Origin: a virus | Length of the DNA stretch: 64,000 nt | Reading direction: 5' to 3' (one strand) | IMG/VR virus record: IMGVR_UViG_3300036861_000507 | Span: 1 to 64,000 of that record | In this document: piece by piece, positions 1 to 9,004 of the stretch | Numbering within the stretch: position 1 is the first letter of the stretch | Layout: each line of letters opens with the position of its first letter | Program-made: the position numbers and the translations under genes | Notes under the pieces: model-generated | The model's input: only the letters and a program-made list of their open reading frames with translations | Told to the model about the DNA's origin: nothing | Databases searched by the model: none

Positions 1-1913
1 ATCAGCTTGGGATTGGCGATGCCGAGCCGGGTCTGGGCCTCGAGGCGCGCCTCGAGCAGCATCTCGCGCGCCGTGATCGGATCGGTTCTGAGCGTGGTGA
101 ACAGCTTGCCGTTGATGCCAGCCGGGATGCGTTGGCTCTCCTGCGCCCGCTTGATGAAGGCGGCCGCCTTGGCGATCTCCGGGGCGGGCTGGAGGCGCAG
201 ATCGTCGTCCTGGCGCACCGTGATGCTGCCGTCCTCTGCGACCGACATCTGCGGCCCGCTGCCGCGCTTGAGGTTGCCGCCCGAGATCGCCTTGACGGGA
301 TCGGACGTGCGCAACTCCTTGATCGTCTGCCAGTCCTTCGCGGCCTTGTCATAGACCTTGGCAGCCGAGGCGTAGCGTTCGCCCTGGGCCACACGCTCGG
401 AGGGGGCGAGGCTCGAGATGTGGGCGTAGGCCTCGTCCTCGGTCATGCTGGCGAGCGGCGCGGTGGCCTTGAAGCCCATCACGGCCTCGTCGAGCGCCCC
501 CTTGGCCTTGGACAGCTGGTTGGGAGTGAGGACGGTCCGGGCGCGGTCGAGCGCGGTCTGGCCGGCCTCGTCGGCCGGGACCACCCCGGTTCGGGCCGCC
601 TCCGCGGCGGCATCCTTCAGATCGCGCTGCGTGGTATCGGAGAGAGCGATGCGTGCCCTGGTGAGCAAGGCATGACGCCGCTTGGGGGAGAGGTGGAGGT
701 ACTTCCCGGAGGGCGGCTCTCCCGTCTCACTCGCTGGCTTGGAAGCGGGGAGTTGCGCGCCGTCGGCGTCGGTGGCGGGTTCGCCCTCTCCGGCTGGCTT
801 CATGCCGGCAAACGACGTGATCCCGCGTTGGGAGACGGGAAGCGGCTTGGCGTCTTTGGCCACCTCGAAGTGCATCGGGTCCGGCTTAGAGAAGTCCCCG
901 CCCCACTTGAGCCCCCACTTCGCGGCCACGCTGCGGGCGAGCTCCGGGTCGATGGCCCCCTTGGTGCCTTGCGCGTTCTCGGCCCAGTTGACGTCGATGG
1001 CGCGGCCGGAGGCATGCTCGGAGGGTGTATTGGTGCCGCGGATGTTGCGCGGATTGTAGCCGCCGGACTGGTCGCCCTTGATGTCGACGCCGGCCGCCTC
1101 CAGATCGCTGATCGCACCGGCGAAGCGCTCGGCATGATCGCCCGCCACCCGGAAGCCAGCCCCGGACCCGGTCCGGACCGTCGCCATGCCGTCGTTGTGG
1201 CGCTCGATCGGGAGCGTGCTCGATGGGGGTGGAAGGCCGGTGTCTTTGGTCCGCGCCGGCTGCTGCAGATCGCGGATGATCTGATCGAGCGCCTCGCCCC
1301 GGTTGATGCGCCAGTCGACGTTCTGCTCCTCGAGGTCATCCAGATGCTTTCTGCGCACCTCGTCCTTTTCGATCGGGGACAGGTATGGATTCTTGGAGAG
1401 CAGGCTGTCGTAGTCGGCCCTTGCAGAATCGAGGTCGCCAGACTGCGCCAGCCGGTTCTTGTGGTCCTCCAGCGCGTTGATGGAGGAGCGCGCCTGCTCC
1501 TTGCGGGCGAAGACCGAGCCCGTCCCGTACAGTTGGCGCTCGGTGCCGAACAGCTTGGCGTCATACTTCGGCTTGAGCTCGCTCGGGACGCCGGCAACGA
1601 ACTCCTTGGCGCGCTCCTTGTAGCCTTCGGCCCATTGGTCGGGGAAGCCTCCGGCTTGGCCGGGCTCGACCGCGCGCATCTGCTCGTCGAGGTCGCGCTC
1701 CTGCTGCCACTTGAACTCCTGGAACTTGGCCTCGGTCTCGAACTCCTTGGCGGCCATCTCGTGCTTGTAGAGCATGTCGCCGACGCCCGACACGGCACTG
1801 CCCAATTGCGCCATGCCCTGGCCGACGGCCGAGCCATCGGCGCGCGCGATGGCGCGCCCAGTGCGGGCGGAAGGCAAGCCGCCAAGATCATCGCGCGATG
1901 GCAACTTAGCCGT
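1..1913 (-). CDS. Internal virion/ejection protein with an M15-type peptidoglycan peptidase domain (runs off the window; missed by the ORF track)
   Basis: Frame from ACG at 1913 reads (M)AKLPSRDDLGGLPSARTGR...; around 870-1030 it contains SEHASGRAIDVNW...WGLKWGGDFSKPDPMHFEV (SxH-x6-D...H, M15 motifs); position downstream of the tail genes. Confidence 0.75.
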
Positions 1914-1998
1914 GACACAGCTCCTTGGTGATGTGGTCGTTTTGTGGGATTAACGCGAGCGCGCCGAATGTGATCAGACCACTGCGCATCAGGCGCAC

Positions 1999-2493
1999 CT
2001 AATAATAGTGGCCTGCAGACGCACGCCGCGGCGCATACTTGTCCGCGATCGAGGAAATCCCGCCGAGGATGGTCGCCCCCGCCTTGTAGTAGGAGCCCTG
2101 CTTGGCGGCCTGGCCCTCGAACCGGCGACCCTCGGCCTGCGCCTCCAGCCCGGCCCGGCGCGAGGCCCCGCCATAGCGCGCCATGCCCTCCTGCAACTCC
2201 CCGTACTCGGCGATGTCCTCGGAGAGGTTCAGAGAGGTGGGGTCGGTGGCGGAGAAGCCGGAGGCCGCGGCCCGGTTGGTCAGGGTCGACAGCGCGAGCT
2301 GCTTCTTGCGGCGGTACTGCTCGGCCTCCTGCTGGCCCTGCGCCATCTCCTCCTTGCCCTTGAGGTCGAGCTGGGCCGCCTCGTAGTTGGCGGCCTGCTG
2401 GGCCGACTTACCGGAGGCAAGCGTGCCCATGGTGCTGATGGCCGTTCCGGCCACCGTCGCCAACGTCGATGCGACCAATGCTAGTTCTGCCAT
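1999..2493 (-). CDS. Internal virion protein (T7 gp14-like position)
   Basis: Ala/Gly-rich N-terminus, helical Q/A-rich body, synteny after the tail nozzle and GNAT-like genes. Confidence 0.65.
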   Translation of the reverse strand: MAELALVASTLATVAGTAISTMGTLASGKSAQQAANYEAAQLDLKGKEEMAQGQQEAEQYRRKKQLALSTLTNRAAASGFSATDPTSLNLSEDIAEYGELQEGMARYGGASRRAGLEAQAEGRRFEGQAAKQGSYYKAGATILGGISSIADKYAPRRASAGHYY

Positions 2494-2496
2494 TCT

Positions 2497-2862
2497 TCAG
2501 GCGCTCCAGCGGTAGAAGTAGAGAGAGCGTTGATCCAGGGTGAAACCGAGGCTTCGAGCCCACGCCATGGCGCGCGGCTCGCTGGGATCGGCCTCCCAGT
2601 AAATGAAACGGATGCCGTCGCGGCGGGCCTCGGCGACAATGCGTTTGGCCGCACGCACGATGGCGACCTTGTGGTGAGCGCGGGCCTCCGGCGTCAGGTC
2701 GCAAAAAGCGAACCACCGCCCACGGCTCAGCGCCAGTCCGCCCATGCCGATGACGCGCCCGTCGACTTCGCCGACGATGCCCCGGATCGAGGGCTTGCTG
2801 GCGAGATCGGAGAAGCCGTCGATGTCGGCGCGCGTGGCGGCGCGCACGATCAGCCCGGCCAT
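2497..2862 (-). CDS. GNAT-like virion assembly protein (T7 gp13-like position)
   Basis: IVRAATRADI start and W..SLGF end typical of an acetyltransferase-like fold; synteny. Confidence 0.55.
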   Translation of the reverse strand: MAGLIVRAATRADIDGFSDLASKPSIRGIVGEVDGRVIGMGGLALSRGRWFAFCDLTPEARAHHKVAIVRAAKRIVAEARRDGIRFIYWEADPSEPRAMAWARSLGFTLDQRSLYFYRWSA

Positions 2863-5800
2863 CTACCGCTCGGAAGTGACGACCGTTGGGACCATCGCCA
2901 GGATGGTTGCCGGCCGTGGCGATTTCCCACGCAGGACGATCCTGGAGTCCGGGCCCCACTGGTTCGGTATGGCCACCGCCGTCATGTCCAGCGCTCCCAG
3001 GATTTGATCGGGGTCGATGGTGGCGCCCTCGATCACGCGCGGAAGTGGATCGACGGTGCCCGTGTCGTCACCGTAGAAAACCCCGTTATTGTGAGTCTGG
3101 TAAAGGGCGAGCGCCAGCTGCGGTGTGCGCTTCTGCTGCGCCAGCGCCGTTCCCATCTCCGCGCCATAGGCCAGCTTCGCGCTCTTCCATGTCGGCTGGC
3201 GGAACGGCAGGCCGGCCACGGCATGGTGCACGCCGTCCGTCAGGCCCGTTAGCTGGACGTCCCCGCCCGTGTCGACGGTGTAGCGCGTCTGGACACCACT
3301 GACGTCCGGCGACAGGTCGACGTGTGGAGTGGAGCCCGTATCGAGGCTGCCCCATGCCACGACGGATTCGCCGATGAGATGCGGCGCCACCGCGTTGAGC
3401 AGCGTGGTGCGCCCCGTATCCGTGTATGACGCCGCACAATCCATCAGCCACGTGAGGCCACTATCGCCAACGCACTCAGATTGCGTCGCCCACTTCTCCA
3501 GGTAGCGCTTGGTCGCTCCGTTGATGGTGCGCCGGACGTGGTAGTAGACGGCGTCCTCGTCCTCTCCGGGCAGCACCATGGCCCGCTCGACCGCCGGATT
3601 GGTGCCGGTGTCCGAGACCCATGTGGTCCAGCACACCACTTCCTCTTTCGGCTCGTAGGTGAGAATGGCGACCGTGCCGTCGCCGAGCACCACATGCAGC
3701 CGTGTATCCGGCTGCCGCTGCACCGCCACCGAGACGATGCCGGCCGCCAGCAGGTCGGGCACCAGCAAGGTCAGGTCGGAGGATTCGTAATCCCCGAAGG
3801 CCGACTGCGTCGGCCCGATCAGGTGCACGCGCTTGTTGGAGCGCTGCACATGCAGCGCCTTGTCGTCGAGCGGCAGGGCGCGCAGGTTGCCGGAGCCCTG
3901 GGTGGAGAACGTCCGCGCCGCACTGTTGTCGGGCGTGACTGGCTCGTCGAGCGAGGAGGAGGTCAGCGCCAGTTCCGCACCGGCCGTGCCGATGATGAGG
4001 CGCAGCTTGGAGATCAGGAAGCGGATGGCGTCGACGGGGCCCGAGCCCAAGGTGCGGATGATGGGCCCGGCGTCGCCCTCGGCGGTGTCGTCGAAGTTCT
4101 CGTAGTCATCGGACACGGACAGGAACAGGCTACCGCCCTGGGCATGGGCCAGCCGTCCCCCGTGCAGGGCAATCGCGGTCGGGAAGCCCCGCGCGTCCGA
4201 CCAGTAGCCCTGCTGCCAGTTGTTGGTGGCGGCGCTGGTGCCGGTGTCGGAGAAGCGGCTGAGCACCTCGATGTCGACGCTGGTATTGGAATTGTAGCCG
4301 GTGATGCGCGCCACGCCGGTGACGCCGCCGCCGAGGTAGGTGATCGTGACCACTGCGACACCCGACGAATAACCCGTCAGCACGGCCCGGTACCAGACCG
4401 CGATGTTGCTATCCTTGTCGTCGATGGTTTCGGTGAACGTCCCGGTATCGGTGAAGCCGAGCGCGGGGCGGAAGCCGAGGTCGGGGCCATCGAACGACTT
4501 CTGGATTTCGATGTTGCCCGCCCATACTCCCGACCCGGAAACGACGATGCGGCGCTCGTTGGTGGTGTTGGGCGTCCCGGTGTCGCTCAGGCCAGTGACC
4601 TTGACGACCTCCGTGGCCGCCAGGAATGCACCGAGCCGCCATACCCCGGTCTGGCCATTGGTGAAGATGCGCAACAGCGCTCCCACGTGCCCCGCCCTGA
4701 AGAACGGGACCGTAGATCGCAGCGTCGTGTTGCCAAACCGCTGGTTGACATAGAGCGTCGCCGATGAGGAGGCAGACGACAGGAACGGGCCGTTGTCGGG
4801 AGCGTAGTCGACCACCGACCAGGACCGCCCGGTGCCCCGGCGCTCGATCTTGGAGGGCCGGACCCCGTCGCAGTCGACATAGACCACGTCGGCCGATTGA
4901 TCGTAGCGGACGTTGTCGAGGTCGTTGCGGTCCCAGGGTGCCGTGATCTCCACCGTTCCCGAATCGCCAATGGCGATCGACTGCACGATGCGGTCGATGA
5001 TGGCGTCGGTCTGAAGCGTGATGTGGAAGTTGCCGGTCGGGGTGAAGGCGAGGTTGTGGTAGCCGGTGCCGAGCGCGGCTTCCGAGATGTAATCATCATC
5101 CCCCGCAGTCGAGCCCACGCGCAGGATGACGGGGCCGCGCGAGACCGCGAGCGCGAGCGAATGCTCCGTGCCGGTGTCGCTGACGATCACGCGCTTGGTG
5201 GCCTTGGCCAAAGCGCCGATCGAGGACGCATTGAGCGTCATGATGCCGTTGGAGCGCTTCACCTGCTGCGCCACGTCGGCCGTGAACATCTCGATCTCGG
5301 CGACGATCAGCTCGGTGTCGCCGTCGACGGCCGTGAAATTGAGCCGCCAATAGCGGAAGGCTTCTATCGTGCCGGTATCGGCATCGGGCCGTGTGAAGCT
5401 GCGCTTCTCGCTGAGGGCCCATGCAGTCTGCGCCGAGCGGGAATCGACCGTGGTCCAGCCGGCACCCGTATCGACGTCGTTGTACTGCAGGGTCCAGGCG
5501 GTGGGCGCATTGTTGAGGTGCCCCGCAATAGAGCCTGCCCGCACCGAATAGGAACGGATCGCCTTGGTGTTGCCGGCCCCGAAGTTGACCTTCCACCAGG
5601 ATGGCAAGCGGCTGCCGCCGGCCCCGGTGTCCTGCCAGTTGGTGCCGACATTGTCGTCGGCGGCCTGATAGGCGGCCGCGCCACTGATCGTTGCGTCGGG
5701 ATCGGTCTCGCCACCGCCAGCGGCGCCAACGGTATTCTCCGAGGACGCCGATACGGTCACACCGTTGGTCGTCGCCGACGTCATCTGCGGAATCTGGTCG

Positions 5801-6192
5801 ACGGCCGCGGTGGCAAAGGCCCCGCCCGTGCTGGCGTTCGCCCAGCCGGTGTCGGAGACGCTGACGGTGGTGTCGACCTTCGGCCGTGAGAGCAGCGCCA
5901 GGGCATGCGCATCCGCACCCAGCCAGATGCGCATCTTCTGATGCGTCAGCTCGGGCAGTGCGACGTCGTCGGTGGAGGCGACGAACTCCAGGAATTCCGC
6001 TCCGGTATCGTTGAGCGAGGAGCCGAAGAACTTCGTGCCCGGCCGGATCGACATCGAACCTTGGGTCGCCGGCATCCAATTTTCGTAGCTTTCCGCCGAT
6101 AGCCGCGTGCGCTCCACGTCCACGCGCGCGAGCGCCTTGGGGGAGATGAGCCCGCGGTTAAACGACAAAAATGGAGGGTTGGTTCTCGCCAA
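2863..6192 (-). CDS. Tail tubular protein B (nozzle) with an inserted discoidin/F5-8C-like domain; 14 DTG and 2 DSG motifs
   Basis: N-terminal SFNRGLISP...R.D...ENW....G...RPGT, YDQSADVVY and GFP.AI.LHGGRL motifs of podoviral nozzle proteins; TTG start. Confidence 0.85.
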   Translation of the reverse strand: MARTNPPFLSFNRGLISPKALARVDVERTRLSAESYENWMPATQGSMSIRPGTKFFGSSLNDTGAEFLEFVASTDDVALPELTHQKMRIWLGADAHALALLSRPKVDTTVSVSDTGWANASTGGAFATAAVDQIPQMTSATTNGVTVSASSENTVGAAGGGETDPDATISGAAAYQAADDNVGTNWQDTGAGGSRLPSWWKVNFGAGNTKAIRSYSVRAGSIAGHLNNAPTAWTLQYNDVDTGAGWTTVDSRSAQTAWALSEKRSFTRPDADTGTIEAFRYWRLNFTAVDGDTELIVAEIEMFTADVAQQVKRSNGIMTLNASSIGALAKATKRVIVSDTGTEHSLALAVSRGPVILRVGSTAGDDDYISEAALGTGYHNLAFTPTGNFHITLQTDAIIDRIVQSIAIGDSGTVEITAPWDRNDLDNVRYDQSADVVYVDCDGVRPSKIERRGTGRSWSVVDYAPDNGPFLSSASSSATLYVNQRFGNTTLRSTVPFFRAGHVGALLRIFTNGQTGVWRLGAFLAATEVVKVTGLSDTGTPNTTNERRIVVSGSGVWAGNIEIQKSFDGPDLGFRPALGFTDTGTFTETIDDKDSNIAVWYRAVLTGYSSGVAVVTITYLGGGVTGVARITGYNSNTSVDIEVLSRFSDTGTSAATNNWQQGYWSDARGFPTAIALHGGRLAHAQGGSLFLSVSDDYENFDDTAEGDAGPIIRTLGSGPVDAIRFLISKLRLIIGTAGAELALTSSSLDEPVTPDNSAARTFSTQGSGNLRALPLDDKALHVQRSNKRVHLIGPTQSAFGDYESSDLTLLVPDLLAAGIVSVAVQRQPDTRLHVVLGDGTVAILTYEPKEEVVCWTTWVSDTGTNPAVERAMVLPGEDEDAVYYHVRRTINGATKRYLEKWATQSECVGDSGLTWLMDCAASYTDTGRTTLLNAVAPHLIGESVVAWGSLDTGSTPHVDLSPDVSGVQTRYTVDTGGDVQLTGLTDGVHHAVAGLPFRQPTWKSAKLAYGAEMGTALAQQKRTPQLALALYQTHNNGVFYGDDTGTVDPLPRVIEGATIDPDQILGALDMTAVAIPNQWGPDSRIVLRGKSPRPATILAMVPTVVTSER

Positions 6193-6198
6193 GGCTGG

Positions 6199-6843
6199 CT
6201 ATCCTATGAGGTTGCCGCGCGATCCGCGGTCGCGATTGCCGCCCGTTCCGCCCCAGCGCGCCCGAGTCCAGGACGATGGCGGCGGGAATTTCGGCTGCGG
6301 CTGATCCATCGCGTCGTAATTGAGCGCAGTGCGCCGCGCCTTGTCGCGATCCTTGGCGATGCGCTCCTTCAGCGACTCCTTCTGGGTCAGGCGCATGCAC
6401 ACGCGGTCCGCTAGGTGCAATTCCACGAAGCGCGAGAAGTGCGCCGTCCAGCGCTGCAGGTCGAGCCCGAGCCCCGTGTCGTTCGACACGTAGCGCACGT
6501 AGATCGGGGTGTTGTCGGCCGACCAGAAGTTGTCGTCGTCGTAGTAGTGCAGCAGGGGATAGGCGAAGTACTCGTCCTGCGAGACGCCGATGGTCCTGAC
6601 CCAATCCGACGGCTTGGCGAACACCTTGGGGAATCCGAACTCCGGCGTCACCCCGGTGTCGGCATCGGCCTTGATGGTCTCCATGGCGAAGTTCCAGGAG
6701 CCGGAGGCGATGGCCTCCGCCACCACCTGGTCGTAGACCGCCACGATCTCGCGCCCGGCCTCGACCGCCTCTCCCGTGTCGGAGAGGCGCCGATGCCCGA
6801 GCTCGCCGAGACAGTTGTTAAAAACAGCTAGCTTGGTTGTCAC
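6199..6843 (-). CDS. Tail tubular protein A (adaptor); 3 DTG motifs
   Basis: N.CL.ELG...WNFA...F..P.DW.R motifs; directly upstream of the nozzle gene. Confidence 0.85.
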   Translation of the reverse strand: MTTKLAVFNNCLGELGHRRLSDTGEAVEAGREIVAVYDQVVAEAIASGSWNFAMETIKADADTGVTPEFGFPKVFAKPSDWVRTIGVSQDEYFAYPLLHYYDDDNFWSADNTPIYVRYVSNDTGLGLDLQRWTAHFSRFVELHLADRVCMRLTQKESLKERIAKDRDKARRTALNYDAMDQPQPKFPPPSSWTRARWGGTGGNRDRGSRGNLIG

Positions 6844-6844
6844 G

Positions 6845-7348
6845 TCAGTCCGCCTTCTGCGTCATGGGCTTGCGGCCCGTCCACGGCAGGCCGGTCTTGA
6901 CGTCGACGGGGCAGGCCTTGCCGGTCGCGGGATCGACACTGGGGCCGATGCAGGAGACGTAGAGCCCATCCGCCTGGCCATGCATGTTCTTGCGGATGTC
7001 CAAAACCATGATGTCCGCGCAGAAGGCGAGGTCGTCGGCCACGAGGCGAATTTCCGCCCCCGCCACCGTCGACTTGGCAGCAGCGTTGGCCTGCGCCTGC
7101 ATCCTGTGCGCCACGAACGCCCAGAAGTCGGGGTTGAGCGCATCCTCGAAGTCCCAGCCGAGCGGCATCTGGGCCCGCTGCGGCAGCGAGAAATGCCCCT
7201 CCGGCTGGAGCCGGTCGGGCGGCAGCTTGCGCACCTGCGACTCGCGCAGCTTCTGCGCCCTGACCGTGGAGATATTCTGGGCGGCTGCGGGGGCTGGCGT
7301 TGCGGAAGTCGGTTGAGGTGCCGCCTTGGCGGCCACAGGAGTCGACAT
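6845..7348 (-). CDS. Hypothetical phage protein (head-tail region)
   Basis: ORF with SD (AAGGA), tightly packed in the structural operon. Confidence 0.6.
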   Translation of the reverse strand: MSTPVAAKAAPQPTSATPAPAAAQNISTVRAQKLRESQVRKLPPDRLQPEGHFSLPQRAQMPLGWDFEDALNPDFWAFVAHRMQAQANAAAKSTVAGAEIRLVADDLAFCADIMVLDIRKNMHGQADGLYVSCIGPSVDPATGKACPVDVKTGLPWTGRKPMTQKAD

Positions 7349-7381
7349 GAGATGTGGTGTCCTTCAGTGGTTGGGACGAAC

Positions 7382-7411
7382 AAAAGGGGCCGGCACCGAA
7401 GCGCCGACCCC
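7382..7411 (-). terminator. Rho-independent terminator after MCP and decoration genes
   Basis: Minus strand GGGGTCGGCGC-TTCG-GTGCCGGCCCC followed by TTTT. Confidence 0.8.
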
Positions 7412-7431
7412 GAGATTGTGACGAAGCGGGA

Positions 7432-7707
7432 TCAACCCGTATCGCCGATGAGCGTGCCGGGACCGGTGGTGCCCTGCGTCGCGCCAGTGTCCTGCACCGG
7501 AGCAAACGCAGCGGACCTGATGATCCTGGTCGTGCCAGCCAGTCCACCGGCGAGAATCAGGTCGCCGCTGTCCACACCCATATCGCCGGCATCAGCGAAG
7601 AACCCGGCAACATCCAGAACCGTCCCGGTGTCGGTATAGCTCCAGATCTTGCCGCCGGTGATGCCCTGCGAGATGAGCTTCAGCTTATCCTTGGAATAGG
7701 TAGCCAT
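7432..7707 (-). CDS. Probable capsid decoration/minor head protein; 3 DTG and 1 DSG, ends in DTG
   Basis: Small gene right after MCP and before the terminator; SD GGAGG. Confidence 0.7.
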   Translation of the reverse strand: MATYSKDKLKLISQGITGGKIWSYTDTGTVLDVAGFFADAGDMGVDSGDLILAGGLAGTTRIIRSAAFAPVQDTGATQGTTGPGTLIGDTG

Positions 7708-7721
7708 GTGGTTGCCCTCCC

Positions 7722-8816
7722 TTAGATCGCCGACGCGTCATGCAGGAACTGCACGATGCCCGACTGTTGCAGGAGCTTGGCGCCGGTGAACGAGGAGGCA
7801 CGCGCGAACGAATAGTCCTGCTCGTCGTCGTAGCCGATCTTGGTGTCGAGACCCTCTCCCGAGTCGAACGCGGAACCGACGGCATCGCGATGGTAGAAGT
7901 AGCACTTCTCGCTTGCCGTCCCGACGCCGGTGAGGTTGGGATGGAAGATCCAGTTGAAGCCTGCCCAGCGCATCATGCGCCGTGCCGGCCCCGCGAGGAA
8001 CTTCATCTCGACGTAGTCGATCTTGGTGGCCTCGGGGATTTGCATGATGTAGCCGCGCACCGCAGGGGTGGCGACGGCGAACATCTTGTCCTCCTCCTCG
8101 ACGGGCACCTCGTTCTCGCCGAGCGTCACCATCGCCTTCGCGGCAACTGACAGCGCGAAGGTCGCGGCCGCGCCGAGGTTCGAGGTCGCCGTGTCGAGCT
8201 GCGTGATGACGTCAGCATCGAGACGGCGGTTCAGAACCTTGCGCGTGGTCTCCTGCATCAACCTCTTCTGGTCGCCCTGCGACTGGAAGATGTTGAACCT
8301 CGTCTTTCGCACGAGGTCATGCCTGCTATGTTCGCTTGAGGTCGCTACTCTCAAACCGCGTCGGTATTGACGCTGCTTCGGATTGCTCCGAAGGCCAGAC
8401 CATATCATCACCCCTGTGGGGTGCTGGGCGCTTCGGGCCGCTTGGCCCTACTCCTCGAAAGGATGGTCGTTGCACCTTCCGATGTGGGAATTCCCACATC
8501 GGCTTGGCTCAGGATTGTCCCGATGGGAGGTTCCCTGAGTTCACCCAGTTTGCGACGTGCATTGCTGCACGAAGGAGCCGCATGACTCGACCAGCGTCGC
8601 GGTCGTCTGGGTCATTGAATCGGCGCGAGCCGGGATCAGACCGTTGATACCGCGGGTTACTGCAGCGGCACCGCCACTGCCGGCGACCAGGAACGTCGCC
8701 TGGTTGCCCTTGATCACGGCCTCGGTAACAGTCGTTTGCCGAAGCCACGACATACCCTCTTCAAAGGTCGCCACGATCTGCTGGCGATATTGAATTTGGG
8801 GTGCGCTTTCTGCCAT
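7722..8816 (-). CDS. Major capsid protein, two exons (8816-8585 and 8323-7722), 277 aa after splicing
   Basis: Exon 1 MAESAPQIQYRQQ...TATLVE and exon 2 HDLVRKTRFNIF... are in the same frame; joining them gives ...LVE-W-HDL...; follows the scaffold gene; strong SD. Confidence 0.85.
8324..8584 (-). ncRNA. Group I self-splicing intron (IA-like, no ORF) in the MCP gene
   Basis: P1 GAGU/GCUC with U.G at the 5' splice site; P2 and P9 with GCAA loops; P3 CUGGGUG/CGCCCAG; P4 CUCAGG/CCUGAG; P7 GACCA/UGGUC; P7.1, P7.2, P8; J8/7 AUGAUA; in-frame stop inside. Confidence 0.9.
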
Positions 8817-9004
8817 TGTTGGCATCTCCTAGTTGGTTGAGATGCCGTCGTTCTGGTTGTCCTTTTCCGATGCGTTCACGGGTTGCCCCGCCGCGAGGAC
8901 GAGGGCCGCTTGCGCAGCCAAAGGCGCTTCACGAACGGTGGGTGGAAAATGACTGCCGTCCTGGCGCCGGCGAGCCGGGTTGGCCAGACGTTGGCAGTCT
9001 GGTA

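Noticed and set aside
132-1931. 599-aa plus-strand ORF and 372-aa minus-strand ORF (800-1918)
   Set aside because: Shadow frames of the real minus-strand gene starting at 1913, which carries recognisable M15 peptidase motifs
2863-6192. DTG as an aspartic-protease catalytic motif or as a DNA repeat
   Set aside because: Many copies per structural protein without the hydrophobic-DTG-A/S protease context; codons and flanks vary, so it is not a nucleotide repeat
7722-8411. MCP starting at 8411 as given in the ORF track
   Set aside because: The first ~30 codons are intron P7-P9 sequence; the true N-terminus is in the upstream exon
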